A DNA stretch of 63,935 nt, filler included, from Craspedostauros australis (lineage: Eukaryota): NCBI GenBank assembly GCA_030167865.1. It is 6 parts of 6 records of this genome, joined end to end, with 100 filler letters (N's around TTAATTAATTAA, not from the genome) between each part and the next. Parts side by side here need not be neighbours in the genome. Positions count along the whole stretch, not along the records: positions 24,979 to 51,809 come from JALAGF010002070.1; 5 more parts are not named here. One strand, 5' to 3'. Below are positions 25,766 to 38,498 of the stretch, in pieces. A program made the translations under genes and the position numbers. The notes under the pieces were generated by a model. That model had not been told where the DNA came from, did no database searches, and worked only from the letters and a program-made list of their open reading frames with translations. Within the stretch, counting starts at the first letter, position 1, and every line of letters begins with the position of its first letter.

Positions 25766-28219
25766 TCACAAGAACAGGATCATCGAAGCTGGCAGCAGCA
25801 GCAGCTGTGCCAGACAACCCGCGATCAATGCCATCGCTGGTTTCGTTGCTGCGCCGGATGTTGGCATGGACGTTGGCATGGACGTCGGCATAGTCGAAGG
25901 AACAGACGTCGGAAGGCCGGAGGGCACATGTGTCGGAACATTACTGGGCGTGGCTGATGGCACTTGCGATGGCGCTTCCGACACAAGATCCGACAAGACG
26001 AAGGCGAATGGAAGCAGCACGCTGTCGATGGTGTGCAGGATGCCGTTGAAGGCGAGGCCGTTGGTTGCGATGACATCAACTCCGTTGACGGTAAGCACAT
26101 CTGGGGCTTTGAAGAGGGCCAGGAATTCGTCGTTCACTGTGAAAACATCCGAGTCGCCGGGAAAGATGCGGTTGGACGAGAGGACAATGCCACCGACAAT
26201 ATGCGTGCGCAGGATGTCGACGATGAGATCGGGTTGTTTGAGGAGCTCGGCGTAGGCCAACGGGTTCTCCTGTTCCAGCTTGTCGAATGCTGCGTCGGTG
26301 GGCACGAAGACGGTGGCGTCGAACCTGCCGAAAGCGTTCGCCAAGTCCGGGTCTGTGTCGACCAACTGCTTGAATGTCTTGAAGGAGTCGTTCGTGCTGA
26401 TCAGGTCGTAAAGGCTTGTGTAGACCCATGATGGGACGTGCGCAGCGTCGATGGAATGAACAACGCCCGGGTTGTAGGAGAGGACGTCCGCCTTGACGAC
26501 ATTTGCCATGCCGTTGATGATGATGGTTCGGTTGCCCGTGGACGTGGCATTGATGGCAGGTTCGATGACGGAAATGTTCAGCGGTTGTGTACCGAGCGTT
26601 TGAAGCTGATCCCCATCATTCATGGCGTCGGCCAGCAAGAGTTGACCGGTGACAATGTAACGCAGCGCGAAGTCTTGGATGTGCTGTTCGAATCCGTTCG
26701 GATTCGTGTCTGGCTTGATGATGATGCTGACGATGTCGGAGATGGCGCTGGCGATGGGGGCGAAGACCGTGACGTTCGGTTCGAACCTGAGAAGGTCAGA
26801 GATGAAGGGCGAGTGAAAGAGGAGAGTGAAGAAGTCGACGAGATCATCATCGAGCGCTATGCGTTCCAACGTTGTTGGCGGAAGGATCGGCCTGCGCACA
26901 TAATACAGGTAGCCATTCGTCGCCAAAAAGGGCCCATTAAACACCGTGCTGCTCGCTCCGATGATAAGTGTGTTTGATCCACCGGGGTCGACGTTGACGA
27001 ATGAGATGGGCTCTCCGAGCAGGGTGGTCGGGTTCCTTCCAGAACTCTCAAAGAGAGACGCGACGTCGAAGACATCCGTGACGACGTGCTGGAGCATCAT
27101 GTTCCTTCTGAGGACGGGATCTTGGAAGAAGGGATCGTATACACTGCTGCCACTGATCTCGTTATAGTGAAACTGGCTGACGATGAATGCCGTGAAGTCA
27201 CCGTCGGTGATCGAGCCGTTGAGGGGAGCGATGAGATCTTCCTGCTGGTACAAGTCGATGAAGGTGTCCGCGAAGCCCGATTGGTCTTCAATGACTTCGC
27301 CGAGAGTCAATCTCATCCATCGTCGGAGGATGACGCCGTCGATGATATGGATGATGCCATTCGTTGCTGTGATGGTTTGGAGGACTGTGGCGTTGCCATC
27401 GAGGGTCTCGACGGTGAACTGACCAGATGGCGAGCCGAACAGCCGCACGGGGCCGTTGGTGGTGATGTCGAAGACGTCATCGAACACTTCCTTCACAACG
27501 ATGAATTGGCTGAAGAAGAAGTGCGTCTGGAGGAAATTCACGGTCTGATCCACCCACTTGTCTTGGCCGAAATGATCGTAGAAATCCTGGTTGGAGCTGA
27601 TGAAGGCCTCCATGGCATCGTTGCTGGGAACAAACAAGGTGAGGAATTCGCTTTCGAAATTCGTGGAGATGTTGAAGGCGAAGTTGATCGTTTCGACGAA
27701 CTTGGACACATTTGGTTCGGCCAACATGGCCTCTCCCACCGTCAGGTTGCTGGTCACGTTGGTAAGGTCTGAGAACAAGAGTCCACGGTGCGTGCCTTCC
27801 GTTGCACTCATATCCGTTTCCACGGCATTCGCGGCATGCGCGGTACGACCGGGATAGTGCATCTTGTTGTTGCCATTGTTGCCGTTGTTGCTGTTCTCGT
27901 ATGGGATGCCCATGTTTGCATGAGCATTCATGTGCATGCCCACCCCCACATTCATGTCCATGCCCATTCCTTCATTCATGTTTGCCTCGCGGCTGGCCGC
28001 AAGATTGGCCTTTGCCTCCTCAATGGCGGCCAGATGCGCATTCGCGACACGCCCATCGTAAGCATCGGCATACATGTCAATGCGCCCATCAGCACGCTTG
28101 CTGATGCCCCCATTGGCCTTCATGTCCATGCCAGCACCCCGATAGCCGTTGATGGCACCGCACTTGCCCGGAGAGGCGGCGGCCATCATGGCGACGAACA
28201 GTTTGATTGCTTGCCTCAT
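25766..28219 (-). CDS. Fasciclin (FAS1) domain cell-surface protein with four FAS1 repeats, signal peptide, P/S/T linker and GPI-like tail
   Basis: H1/H2 pairs: LTLFVPSNDAM..ATNGIIHIIDGVI; FTAFIVS..ATNGYLYYVRRPILPP; VTVFAPIASAI..GVVHSIDAAHVP; ATVFVPTDAAF..NGILHTIDSVLLP. MPTS repeats and a hydrophobic C-terminus follow. Confidence 0.93.
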   Translation of the reverse strand: MRQAIKLFVAMMAAASPGKCGAINGYRGAGMDMKANGGISKRADGRIDMYADAYDGRVANAHLAAIEEAKANLAASREANMNEGMGMDMNVGVGMHMNAHANMGIPYENSNNGNNGNNKMHYPGRTAHAANAVETDMSATEGTHRGLLFSDLTNVTSNLTVGEAMLAEPNVSKFVETINFAFNISTNFESEFLTLFVPSNDAMEAFISSNQDFYDHFGQDKWVDQTVNFLQTHFFFSQFIVVKEVFDDVFDITTNGPVRLFGSPSGQFTVETLDGNATVLQTITATNGIIHIIDGVILRRWMRLTLGEVIEDQSGFADTFIDLYQQEDLIAPLNGSITDGDFTAFIVSQFHYNEISGSSVYDPFFQDPVLRRNMMLQHVVTDVFDVASLFESSGRNPTTLLGEPISFVNVDPGGSNTLIIGASSTVFNGPFLATNGYLYYVRRPILPPTTLERIALDDDLVDFFTLLFHSPFISDLLRFEPNVTVFAPIASAISDIVSIIIKPDTNPNGFEQHIQDFALRYIVTGQLLLADAMNDGDQLQTLGTQPLNISVIEPAINATSTGNRTIIINGMANVVKADVLSYNPGVVHSIDAAHVPSWVYTSLYDLISTNDSFKTFKQLVDTDPDLANAFGRFDATVFVPTDAAFDKLEQENPLAYAELLKQPDLIVDILRTHIVGGIVLSSNRIFPGDSDVFTVNDEFLALFKAPDVLTVNGVDVIATNGLAFNGILHTIDSVLLPFAFVLSDLVSEAPSQVPSATPSNVPTHVPSGLPTSVPSTMPTSMPTSMPTSGAATKPAMALIAGCLAQLLLLPASMILFL

Positions 28220-31200
28220 CGTCTGTCTCGTTGAATCAATCGTCCTGAGCTTGTATTACGAGTAGTGTCAGCAGAGCAGAGGTTGCTCTTGTTGGTATTG
28301 TATCTGTATGTTGATATCTCTTGCGTGATCGTCTGCCGAATGATCCACCACAGAAGTTATGATCACAACTACTGTCTCCCGTCTGTTCGAAGAATGATGC
28401 CATCAAACAGATCTTTGGCATCCACCTAAACAACCTGCCGATCAAGCAGCTGGACAACAATGAGGCTTGTCGCGTGTTTGTTGGGAGCGCCAACAAAAGA
28501 TCGACACATCTCCGCCATTCCTTTCGTTTGTATGCCACAGGACAGATGGACGGACGGCTGAATCTATCGGAAATCCTAATGCACATATACAGTCATGATA
28601 ATTCATGGTATGTTGTGACCTCGTGCGTCGAACAACGTAAATGGTTCTCCCGAATTTGACGCTGGCACCTCATTCGGGTTTGCATTGAGGATCTCTCGTG
28701 ACTCAACTTGCGTCACCAATGATCTCGTCGTTGTCGTGAGAACGAGAACCCTTCACTGACTTTGTAGACATCAACGCACAGACCACCGCCGTCTCGGAGG
28801 CTGTCGTGACCAAAGCAATGGCGATGGCGGCAACAAGAAAAGTTAGGTAGTACTCTCCTCAATGATGTTGCGCTCCAGAGAGAGGGAGAATGGCTGCTCG
28901 CGGCGATGTGATGTGGTACGTAGCTCGTAGCTCGTAGCTCGTAGGGTAAAAATCTTCGGAGCGGATCGTAGAGTGGATGGGCCCACGAGTGTCACGTCCA
29001 TTCCCGTCGTCGGCCTCGGTCCGGGTCTTTCCATCGTTTCGCCACTCACTCACTTACTCACTCACTCACTCACTCACCCAATCGTTCTGCGCTGGTTCAG
29101 ATTCTTTCCCCGCTGCGTTGCCTGTGTCCCACAGGGCAACAAATGATGACAAACCTGCAACCGCGACGGTGTCTTCGATGTCGTGGGGTGACCAGCGCGA
29201 CATGGTGTGATGAGTTGCGACAAGTTGCGTTGTGCTTTGCTGTCGACACACACTTGCATGCCAAGATCACACGCAATCGTCCGCGAACCTGCCCTTGTGT
29301 ATGCGTAGCTCGCATGATATGCAGTGGTGAATCCTTCACAACCAGATGGTAGCGGCTGTGCCATGATGGACATGGCGTGCGTGTCAATTGCTTTCACTTC
29401 GCTGGCATCATCGTCACTCTAGTCGTACGACCTGATCTTGAGAGACATGGTGGGTGTCGCAATGTAATGTAATAAGACATATTGTACAATTCTCTGTTGC
29501 GCAAGCTGCTTGTACTACGACACTCGTATCAATACACCGAGGAGAGTTTGGTGGATTCGAGAGTACTCTGCAGTGATCATGGGGAGATGGAGAGAGGGTC
29601 AGCACGCGGCGCTCTGGAGCAGCTCGTATACGACCTACTGGAGTTAAGAGGATCGCTACCATGTGGTTTTGAAGAGGATCGAGCATCACAGCCTGTGACA
29701 ATCGCAGACTCCATGTGCGAAGCAGCAGCTGGACTTGGCAACTTGCAACCTTTGACGCTTCCGTGGCGAACAATCCCGTTCATCATTTTTCACGTGCTCT
29801 TCATCCCGGCCGTTGTGCACTTCACAGGAAGGTCCTCCGCTCCTTGCGTTAGAAACTATATATGCAGCAGGGTGGCGGCAGCTGATGATGGGTGATTGAT
29901 GTCAAGTGACAGCCAACAGAGGCGTGTTGCTTCGCCTCCGGCTGCACGCGTACTCTGCAGATTACGAGCTACTGGAGGAGCGCGAAGACTTCCGCCAGCA
30001 TGCGCACATGGGCACAGCACGGTACGCATACGAGCTACACAGTTGATAGTTGTGCATGGTACGCGGATGGTACGATCACTAGTATTGATACGAGTGCTGA
30101 GGCCCCACACGCAACACCTCACTGCGATGGGAGCAGGATGTCAGGGGCACACGGAAACTAGACGAATCCAACCATGAGCATGAAAGTCGCAGAATCGCCA
30201 TGCTTGTGCGACGCGCGTCCTGCAGCAACCGAGAGCATCGTACGCCGTCCGTTGGAGTCGAATGCCTTCGCCTGAGCACTTTCCTCCTACGCTATGGCTC
30301 CGACGACCAATGCACGTCCATGCATCCTGCACTGTCCCTTGAGTCGTTGCGCAATGTTGGCACTTCGCGAATGATCACAAAGGCATAGATGCCGGCGCAG
30401 GGAATGATCGATTGCGGAACAAGGGACGTTGGATCGCAGGTCTCCTTTGCAGGACAAGTTGGCAGAAACTACTGCGCTCTGGTACTGGCTTACCATACGA
30501 TCTGTGGGCGCCGGTAAGAGGAGGTTGCACGAGTACGAGTACGAGTACGAGTATCGTGGTGCAATAGCTCGCACCATCCAATGCGGCGATTCAAGGACAA
30601 GGTACACAGTCTTGTTTGGACACAACTCCGTTCGCTGGCGCGACCAGAGAACGCCATGGGCTCCATAGACCCCTGCTCTTTGGAATTTCTGGCCTCCCCA
30701 AAAGTATGCGAATGGATGCTTCTTCCCATAGTCGGAGTTTTGGTGACGCGTCTTCACAAACGCAACGATCATATCTCACGCCTTCTACTTCGCCCACGCT
30801 GATGAGCATCGAAAGAGCCTTTGCCCCGCTGCTACGGTTTCTCATGCCTTTCGCACGCAGAAACTCCGCCACATTCTTCTAATCGTAAGCCAACAAAGCC
30901 GAGCACAGCGCAGCAACCGATACGAGCTGCTGTCTCTAGAGTCGTTCTCGTGTGCAGATTGGAGCCATTAGAGCAGCGCAGCGAGTGATGCGAATCGTTC
31001 ATGTCGCCACTGATGTCCGAAGTCCTGTCGCTGCTTCTGTCGACGCCGCTGCTACCGATCCTAGTGATGGATCTCTCTTCGGGTTACGCGCTTCTCTCGA
31101 GTGATGCTTATCAATGAATCATTACGACTTCCTCCACAGCCCTACTATTCATACCAGTATCTCTCTCTCTCTCGAATTGCGGGTACGAGTCGGCATAGCT

Positions 31201-31662
31201 CGGAGGAGTGCCGAGTGACGTGCTGGTTGGTAGATGGATCTGGCGCTGCCCAGAGGTAGAAAAATCCCAGACCCATCAACGAGTATAGGTACATACGCAC
31301 ACACTCACGCACATCAACGAGGACTGACACACAGAGCAGAAGAACAGATCACGACCTGACCGCACCACCGAGAAGTACGAGCCACGCACTCGATACAAAT
31401 ACCATAGATCGTACATACTCGCGGAGTACGAGGCACTCGCTCATTCCCGTCAATAGAAAATGCCTTGTTCTCGCACATCCTCCTCTGCATCAAGCACAGA
31501 CTGTTCTCACAATTTCGAGATTCGATCACTCTACACCCCTCCAAGCAACCACCGCATCACAACGCACCGTACCGTACCACAACATACCAAACCAAACCAC
31601 ATCCCACACATCAGCTCAGCAGCAACATAACAGAACAACAATTCCAAACCACAGACTATACA

Positions 31663-32607
31663 ATGTCGGAAGCTTTCACAGTCAAGTCGACCGCGAGCAC
31701 GGCGTCGATGTCAACCGACTCCTATGGTTCGACATCAACCATCACGCCGCAAGGAGAACTCTCTTCTTCGTCTCCTTCTCGCAAGAAGATTCATTTCAAC
31801 CCCAAAGTCTACGTGAGATACACTCTCCACATCAACAACTACAGCCGGGCCGAGACCGCTGCCACTTGGATCAACGCCAACGACCTCATCCGAACACGAA
31901 CCGAGATCCAACAAGCGCTCGAGGAGATCCAGCTTGGCGAGCGCGAGATGGAACGAGGTCTCGAGTACCGCACAAGAGCTGCCTCCACGAGGCGCAAGGC
32001 CGTGAAGAACGAAGCCAAGGCTGCCGTGCTTGACGAGCAAGCACTGCAGGACGATCCCTACACAGAGAATGATGCAGAGTACATCGCGTGTCTCTACACC
32101 GAGGCCGGGAGAGACTCCGTTGATCAGGCAGCCATGCGTGGTCTCTTGGACGAGCATGTTGCCAACCGACTGTATTCGAACGATGCGCGCTCAATTTGTT
32201 CGGATGACGACGATAGCAAAGATCACGAACACTTGAGCGCCGCATTCACAGCTTTGGCACATGCCGCCCAGGAACACGACCGACAGACTCGAGCGTCAAC
32301 AGAACAGAAACCAACATCGAAGTCAAAGTCGAGGCCGCCCAGGAGCAACTCTGCCATGGGATCGACTGGCAGAAGGCGGCGCCTGTCGTCGCTGAAGTTC
32401 CGTCCATCGTCATCAGGCCAAGTGCAGTCACCGCGCTGGGCCAGGAAGGCCGCGAGAAGCAAGCATGATAGCATTGGAGATGGAGAAGCCAGCGTGGCAA
32501 GCGCCAGCAGTGTCGGTACAAGCTACAGCGAGGACAGCCAGGGGGGCAACGGAAGTACGAAATGGACCATCGGTCCACTTCGGATGCTGCTGGGGAAAGC
32601 AGCTTAA
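31663..32607 (+). CDS. Uncharacterised RVxF/RGLE-family protein, paralogue 1 (candidate PP1 regulatory subunit)
   Basis: acaATG at 31663; RKKIHFNPKVYVRYTLHINNYSRAETAATW...ERGLEYRT...AVLDEQ...IACLY...RGLLDEHVA aligns with four other ORFs in this contig. Confidence 0.85.
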   Translation: MSEAFTVKSTASTASMSTDSYGSTSTITPQGELSSSSPSRKKIHFNPKVYVRYTLHINNYSRAETAATWINANDLIRTRTEIQQALEEIQLGEREMERGLEYRTRAASTRRKAVKNEAKAAVLDEQALQDDPYTENDAEYIACLYTEAGRDSVDQAAMRGLLDEHVANRLYSNDARSICSDDDDSKDHEHLSAAFTALAHAAQEHDRQTRASTEQKPTSKSKSRPPRSNSAMGSTGRRRRLSSLKFRPSSSGQVQSPRWARKAARSKHDSIGDGEASVASASSVGTSYSEDSQGGNGSTKWTIGPLRMLLGKAA

Positions 32608-34236
32608 TCAAGCCAAGGCTGGCACAATCGTATTGAGCAATACGCTTGTATGGTATCACAGCCTGTGTGTCGACGAATATAAGCAACGTCCGTGCGAGCT
32701 ACAAGAGCAAGAAGCCAATAGCATTATAAAATACAGCAAATAGAGCATACAACAAATAGGTCTACGAGGGTCGAGAGCCGCATTGAATACCAGCAATGGA
32801 AGAGATTCATTTTAGATTTCGAAGGAGTGTAGCTCAGTCGATAGTCGCGGTAGCTGCGCGGGTGTCCAGTGAAATGCTCAAGCACGGAGATGCCCCAAGA
32901 TGTGATTCCACAGTCCCCTGTACACAGTTGCCACCGGGCCGGTATGGAACGTACGTTGGTCAGATCATCTGATGCCGCTTTGATGATGCACGAAGCATCA
33001 GGTTCATGTTGGAGCCACGTTGGAATCACGTCGGGATCACGACGGAAATTCGATGGTTCCATGGCGCTCTGATGATGGAGAATACGTAGCATGCTTTGCG
33101 GAACAAGGAGTGGTGCACTTTCGCGCTTTTCCGGCGAGGAGAATCTTCTACTCTCAACAAACGAGGAGAGATACGACAGCATCGACGTGATTGTCCACGT
33201 ACACTGTGAGTGTTGTCCCGCGAAGCCACATGCCTCTCATCTCTCGACGAGTATTGACACTGGTAGCTCGAGCATGTACTGTAGGCATACTCTACACCAA
33301 GTCTGCCCACTCCGTACGGCGCAGATGAAACAAATACCTCCTCGACGAGTAGTCTCCTGAATTGGAAGAAGAGAGCGAGTTTTGCCTTGGATGATCATAC
33401 GCTACCAAGTGACGAGCATTGGCGTGGATCGATGGACCCGTCGGCACGCGGGTATGAGTGGAGGCTTGCTTGTAGCTCGTACTCGTAGACTTGGGACCCG
33501 CGGTGAGTACAACCATCCGGAGAGATGCTCGCACAGACGAACGTCGACGCGACTGCTGCTTCGTCCTGCTTGTCGCGACTAATCCCAAACCACACGAAAT
33601 GCCTCAAAGTCCGCTGGAATCACTCGAAACCTTCACAGCTGCTTCTAATGTCCGCTGCAGTCGACAGTGTGGACACCAAGGCACACAATTAGTCTCAAGT
33701 ATTGTACTCTGCGTAAAGCGTGGTACTCTCCCATACATTATGCTCTTCTCCCTTGAGTAAAATGGGATGCATCACAAAGCTCAAAACGATCCCAACATCC
33801 CAGCCAGTTACACGACCATAGATGTTACTTCTCGCATCACAGCGGTCACCAGCATAGGTCACCTCTCTTCCTGCGAGGCGATCTATCACAGCATACCATA
33901 CTCTCGAGATTGTGGTACCCGACTCTGCTCTGGTCTTTTTCTGCATTAATGTCGGCATCAATGTCGGCATCAGCACATGTCCCTCCGTGTTGACGAAAGG
34001 TGGTTGCCCCACCAATGTTTCCTGTTTTGGCTTATTCTCGCACAGCGACGGTATCACTCGCCAAAGGCTCTCCCGATGATTTTCCATGATGTGTGTTGGG
34101 CCTGATCCCACTCCAGAGCGTCTTAATTGTTCGGCACTTTAAACCATGTTCGGAGAATCGGGTCATTTCTGACTCATCCTCGCGCCACTAGCACACAAAC
34201 GCTCACAATTTGGACAAGGCGAAACAAGGACGGTCA

Positions 34237-34296
34237 TCAACGCCAACGCCAACACCAACACCAACGCCAACACCAACGCCAACGCCAACGCCAACA
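34237..34296. repeat. (CAACGC/CAACAC)n hexanucleotide microsatellite
   Basis: Directly visible. Confidence 0.85.
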
Positions 34297-36722
34297 AACA
34301 CTCACAAGTTGTCCGAAGAAATGCAAAGGCCCGAACCCAGGACTCCCGTCTTCAATGACGACAATCACATCACATCGCAACTCCACGCGATCGTGAAGAT
34401 GGTTCGCCCCACTCGAGCTTGTGAAGCAGACGGTGTCATGCCCATACATTGGATGTTTTGTCCTCTTTTGTCGATGGCAACGTTGTCTCTTCTGCTCTGC
34501 TTCGAGTTCGTGCACGCGTGGTGCCATGCTGCGCTGGCTTTGCGCATAGATGAAGCAACCGAAACACGAGGGGTGGGTGGCGGGTCCAGGGGCAGCGGCA
34601 GCGGCAGCGGCAGCACTGCAAAATGTTACCGATCGTACATTTGCAGCGTACCGCAGGGTGCCTTGTTGAGACACTCGACGCGTAGGGCACTCGGACACAG
34701 ATGTCAATGAGATAGCTCGTGCTACTCGTGGTTCGTCCATATTTGTTTTCTTTTCTGTGTTTTCTGGATCAAAAGGTGGAATAAGGCACCACTCCCGTTT
34801 TTCATATCGTAAGACTACGCCCACAAGACGATGTAGATTGGTCCTGGCGCAGGGGGCCAAGGATGCAGCCGACCGACAGATCTACTCCGACGGGAGAACA
34901 TGGGACACCGCGCAAGGGGATGCTCTGGTGTGCTGCTGTGTCGCTATCGGATCCACCGTGAAACCTGCTTCATTTATTATACACTATTATCCAATTACAC
35001 CTACTAGTGCCGCTACGTCTAGAGTACCTGTTCTGTGGTCATTTGATCCACCACGACACCTGCTCCGCCCGCCTCTGTTTGACTCATGCCAACAGAGGAA
35101 AACAGGATAGGCACAAGGCAGAGCGAGCGGCGTTCCGTTTTCTGTCCTGTGGATCAAATGATCTGCCGGGCGCGATGGGAACGATTGCTTCGGTCTTGCT
35201 CCATTCTTACTATTATGGGAAGCACGATTACGATTTCGTTTCAATCTAATAAGAGTAAAAGTGAGTGTGCGTAGGCACGGCGAGTGTCCATGCTCGAAGT
35301 GTTTTTATTCTTGTGGCAGTGCTCCAATGCCGAACAAACTGGGTTAATAACGTGGAATGGAGCAGAATAACGGTACTCACAGCTGCATGTATGGAATCAT
35401 AACTTTGTTGTCCCTTTTTTCTGTTTGGCCATGATTGACAAAGGAAGCACATCCTCTCTCGAAGTCAGGCCGCGATGTTTGGCAATGCCCCTGGCACGCA
35501 GGTATTTGTGTCCGTATTCCACGGTCCAGGTTCCCTTCCTTCCTCCTTCCCTTCTTCGACTTCGTGGCTGAACTCATTTCCATGCATATCGTGTCCTGTG
35601 GAATAGCATTTGGTAGCAGACCGAGAGATGTGGCATGCGGTAGATGTCCATTCGCACGCGGCTAACACTCCGCGAGCTATCGGTGCAGATCAATGGACGA
35701 CTGCGTGATGTGGGATGTGATGAAGCTGCCTGGAGTGTGTAGCAAGTGCAGTGATCATGGTCGGAACAGCCTAACGTCATCGCGCCAAACACTCCACAGT
35801 TCACATGGTGATGACAGCGGCACAGAGACATTGTTCCTCGCGACGTCGGGAGTTGCACGCTTCGGTTCCGCGATGACTGTCGACAGAGTTCGGTGGGCCC
35901 GAGCAGAGAAGTCGCGGGCTGGTGTAGCACATTCGCCGATGCGGCCATCCATTGGTTGGGCGTTGAAGAATGGATTCTGCGATGGCGGTGCGATAGATCT
36001 GCGCTCTATGTAGCTCGTATTGGAAGAGCAACCGTATTGGCATGCAAGCGTCCAGTGCTTCCCCACGACAAATACTGTGAAGGCGTGATACCTATTCTAC
36101 AAGCTATGCACGCCAGTCGTTCAGATGGGTCGCAGTTGGCGTCAAGACTACACGCACGATGCGAGAGTTGAAGTCGGGGGGTTGTATGGTTGTGTAATAG
36201 TGCCTATGCGTGGTAGCTTGTATGGTACTCTATTCGTGGAGTCCAGGTATTGGAATGGGGAACTCTTTCTCTCCCCTTCAGAAAGAGAGAGAGAGAGAGA
36301 GAGAGAGTATGTGTATGTGTATGGAACGCCGTGGGCATGGTGGTGCGATGCTACCTTTATGGGACTTGCCGCCGAAAAGAACGGACGAGTAGTTTTTGGA
36401 ACCGGCGTGAGAGCTTCTTTGGGGTGTGAACGAAGCGCAGTTGTTGGCGGGAGTGCTGACATTTGTTAATGCGGTGTCCATGATTCAAGCACATTGACAT
36501 GGATGGGGGGCATGTGTGTGCCTGTTCGGCGTCGACGCGTCGCAGCCACCCACGGCGTCATTCTCTCCTGTCCCGGGCTGTCCGGCTCTTGTCTTGGTAG
36601 CCTGTCTTGTCTTTGGCTCGATTCATCCCACCCTAGAGATGCTGCAGACAAAAAGGTAATGATGTAAGATTGTGGCTATGACTGTGACTGATTGTCTACA
36701 CTATTCTCTCTAGAGAGGATAT

Positions 36723-38396
36723 CTATGCGGCTGTGGCTCTGTTCTTCCTCTTGGACTTTTCCCGGTTTGTCTTCTTGGTGATAGCCAGGAGGGAGAGCAG
36801 CGAGGATGCCGACGACGATGATGTGGAAGCGGTGCTGATGCTATTCTTCCTGGACGCCTTGCCATCGATACGGTTGGTTGAGGAGTGGAGGGAATCGGCG
36901 GTGAGATCCCGAAGAGCCGACATGGAGAATCGTTTCTTGGACTTGCCGCCGCAAGGGCTGAGGCCTTTGGAAGTCGCGCCGTTGTTGAACGTGTGGTTTT
37001 GGTTGCCATGGTGCTGGTGGTGCTTCTGTTCCGAAAGTGCCTTGCGCATGCTGCTGAAAGGACTCATGCCCCTGGCACCTCGTTGGAATCGCCGCTTGAT
37101 GCCCGGGGAGCTGATGGTGGAGGAGAAGCTCTCGACGCTTGGCAGGCCGGATTGTTGCTGATGGTGTTGGTGATGGGAGCCTTCTGAAGCCGATGCATTC
37201 GTGTGCGTGATGGTCTGCATGACCTCGTCAAGGACGCGCGATGTGGTGACGACGTTGGACGCATCGACACCCTCAATATGAAAGGCCGCAGTTTGGTCGG
37301 CGCTGGCCGTGACGAGGATACCGCGGACCTTGGGCGTTGGCTTGTGGGTGGACGATGAGAGTGGCGGCGCGGAGGTGAAGAGGGCGAATATGGCGTCGTC
37401 GTCCCTGTCCTCCTTTCGGACGGCCAAGGCGGCCTTGTGATCGGCCCTGCCCAGCTCCCAGGCTTCCGTCATGCATGGCTGCGTCTGTGTTTTGTAGACC
37501 CTTGCGATGGTGTCGGGGAAGAAGACGCCTTCCGATTTCTGCGCCCTCTGCTCATCCAGCACGGCCGTTCTTGCGATGGCCTTGTTTCTGTTTCTGCGCT
37601 GGAGGCCCTGCTTCGTGCGGCATTCCAAGCCGCGGTCCCGTTCGGCGTGGGGATCGGCCTGCATGCGATGGACGGACGATCTGGCTTGGCCGCGGATCTC
37701 GGCGATGTCCTCCATGGAGTACCATGACTGCTTCTTCTCTTCTTCTGTGTAGTTGTTGACATGCAGCGTGAACTTGGCGCGGACGGCTGCGTCGAACCTG
37801 ACCCGCTTGCGGGTGGTCCTCACTTGCCTGGAGCGGCTGTGGCTGGTGCTTCTGCTGCCGCTTCTGCTCTGACTGCTGCTGTGACTCCTGTTGAGGGACC
37901 TTCTGCCGCCCCTGCTCGAGGTCCTGACGATGTTGCTGCAGCTGCCCCTCCTCTGCATGCGACCGAACTTGCCGGTCTGCACCAGAGGCTGCGTGACGGC
38001 TGTGTCCGTGTGATGCCAGGAGGAGGAGTCCAGGGTGGAGTCCAGGGAGGAGGCAGGCCCCGTTGCGGCGAGCGGCTTCTTGCGTTTCATGAACTTGGAC
38101 AGCGGTGAGTATCGAGGCGCGATCATGGGAGCTTCCATGAAGACGTCGATCCCATCGCCTTTCTGTTCAATGGTTCCATTGTGTCCATTGCTTCCATTGG
38201 TTCCATTGTGTCCATCATGACCATCGAGCTCATGGCAGCTGTCGGAGCCGAGGCTCACGTCGGTGGCCACGGAGGAAGGAGAGGAGAGGTGAGCGGGAGG
38301 GCAAGGCACCGCACCCTGCTGCTTGTCAGCGCCTGGAGGCAGAGGCGCAACGCTCCGGTTGCTCTGGTTCCTCTGCATGGTGGATGCGTCCATCAT
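36723..38396 (-). CDS. Uncharacterised RVxF/RGLE-family protein, paralogue 2
   Basis: 557-aa ORF; RKRVRFDAAVRAKFTLHVNNYTEEEKKQSWY...DRGLECRT...AVLDEQ...IARVY...LGRADHKAA, with long S/R-rich disordered flanks. Confidence 0.88.
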   Translation of the reverse strand: MMDASTMQRNQSNRSVAPLPPGADKQQGAVPCPPAHLSSPSSVATDVSLGSDSCHELDGHDGHNGTNGSNGHNGTIEQKGDGIDVFMEAPMIAPRYSPLSKFMKRKKPLAATGPASSLDSTLDSSSWHHTDTAVTQPLVQTGKFGRMQRRGSCSNIVRTSSRGGRRSLNRSHSSSQSRSGSRSTSHSRSRQVRTTRKRVRFDAAVRAKFTLHVNNYTEEEKKQSWYSMEDIAEIRGQARSSVHRMQADPHAERDRGLECRTKQGLQRRNRNKAIARTAVLDEQRAQKSEGVFFPDTIARVYKTQTQPCMTEAWELGRADHKAALAVRKEDRDDDAIFALFTSAPPLSSSTHKPTPKVRGILVTASADQTAAFHIEGVDASNVVTTSRVLDEVMQTITHTNASASEGSHHQHHQQQSGLPSVESFSSTISSPGIKRRFQRGARGMSPFSSMRKALSEQKHHQHHGNQNHTFNNGATSKGLSPCGGKSKKRFSMSALRDLTADSLHSSTNRIDGKASRKNSISTASTSSSSASSLLSLLAITKKTNREKSKRKNRATAA

Positions 38397-38470
38397 TGTC
38401 CTGCTTGTTCTTTTGTGTGTTGACGGAGAGTGCGATTGCTGTGATCGTGCTTTGCTCTTGCTTTGTGATC

Positions 38471-38498
38471 TGCTGCTGCTGCTGCTGCTGCTGCTGCT
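38471..38498. repeat. (CTG)n microsatellite upstream of paralogue 2
   Basis: Directly visible. Confidence 0.85.

Noticed and set aside
34210..34710. ORF with PT repeats and a GS linker
   Set aside because: TTG start, repeats come from microsatellites, and there is no other coding evidence.
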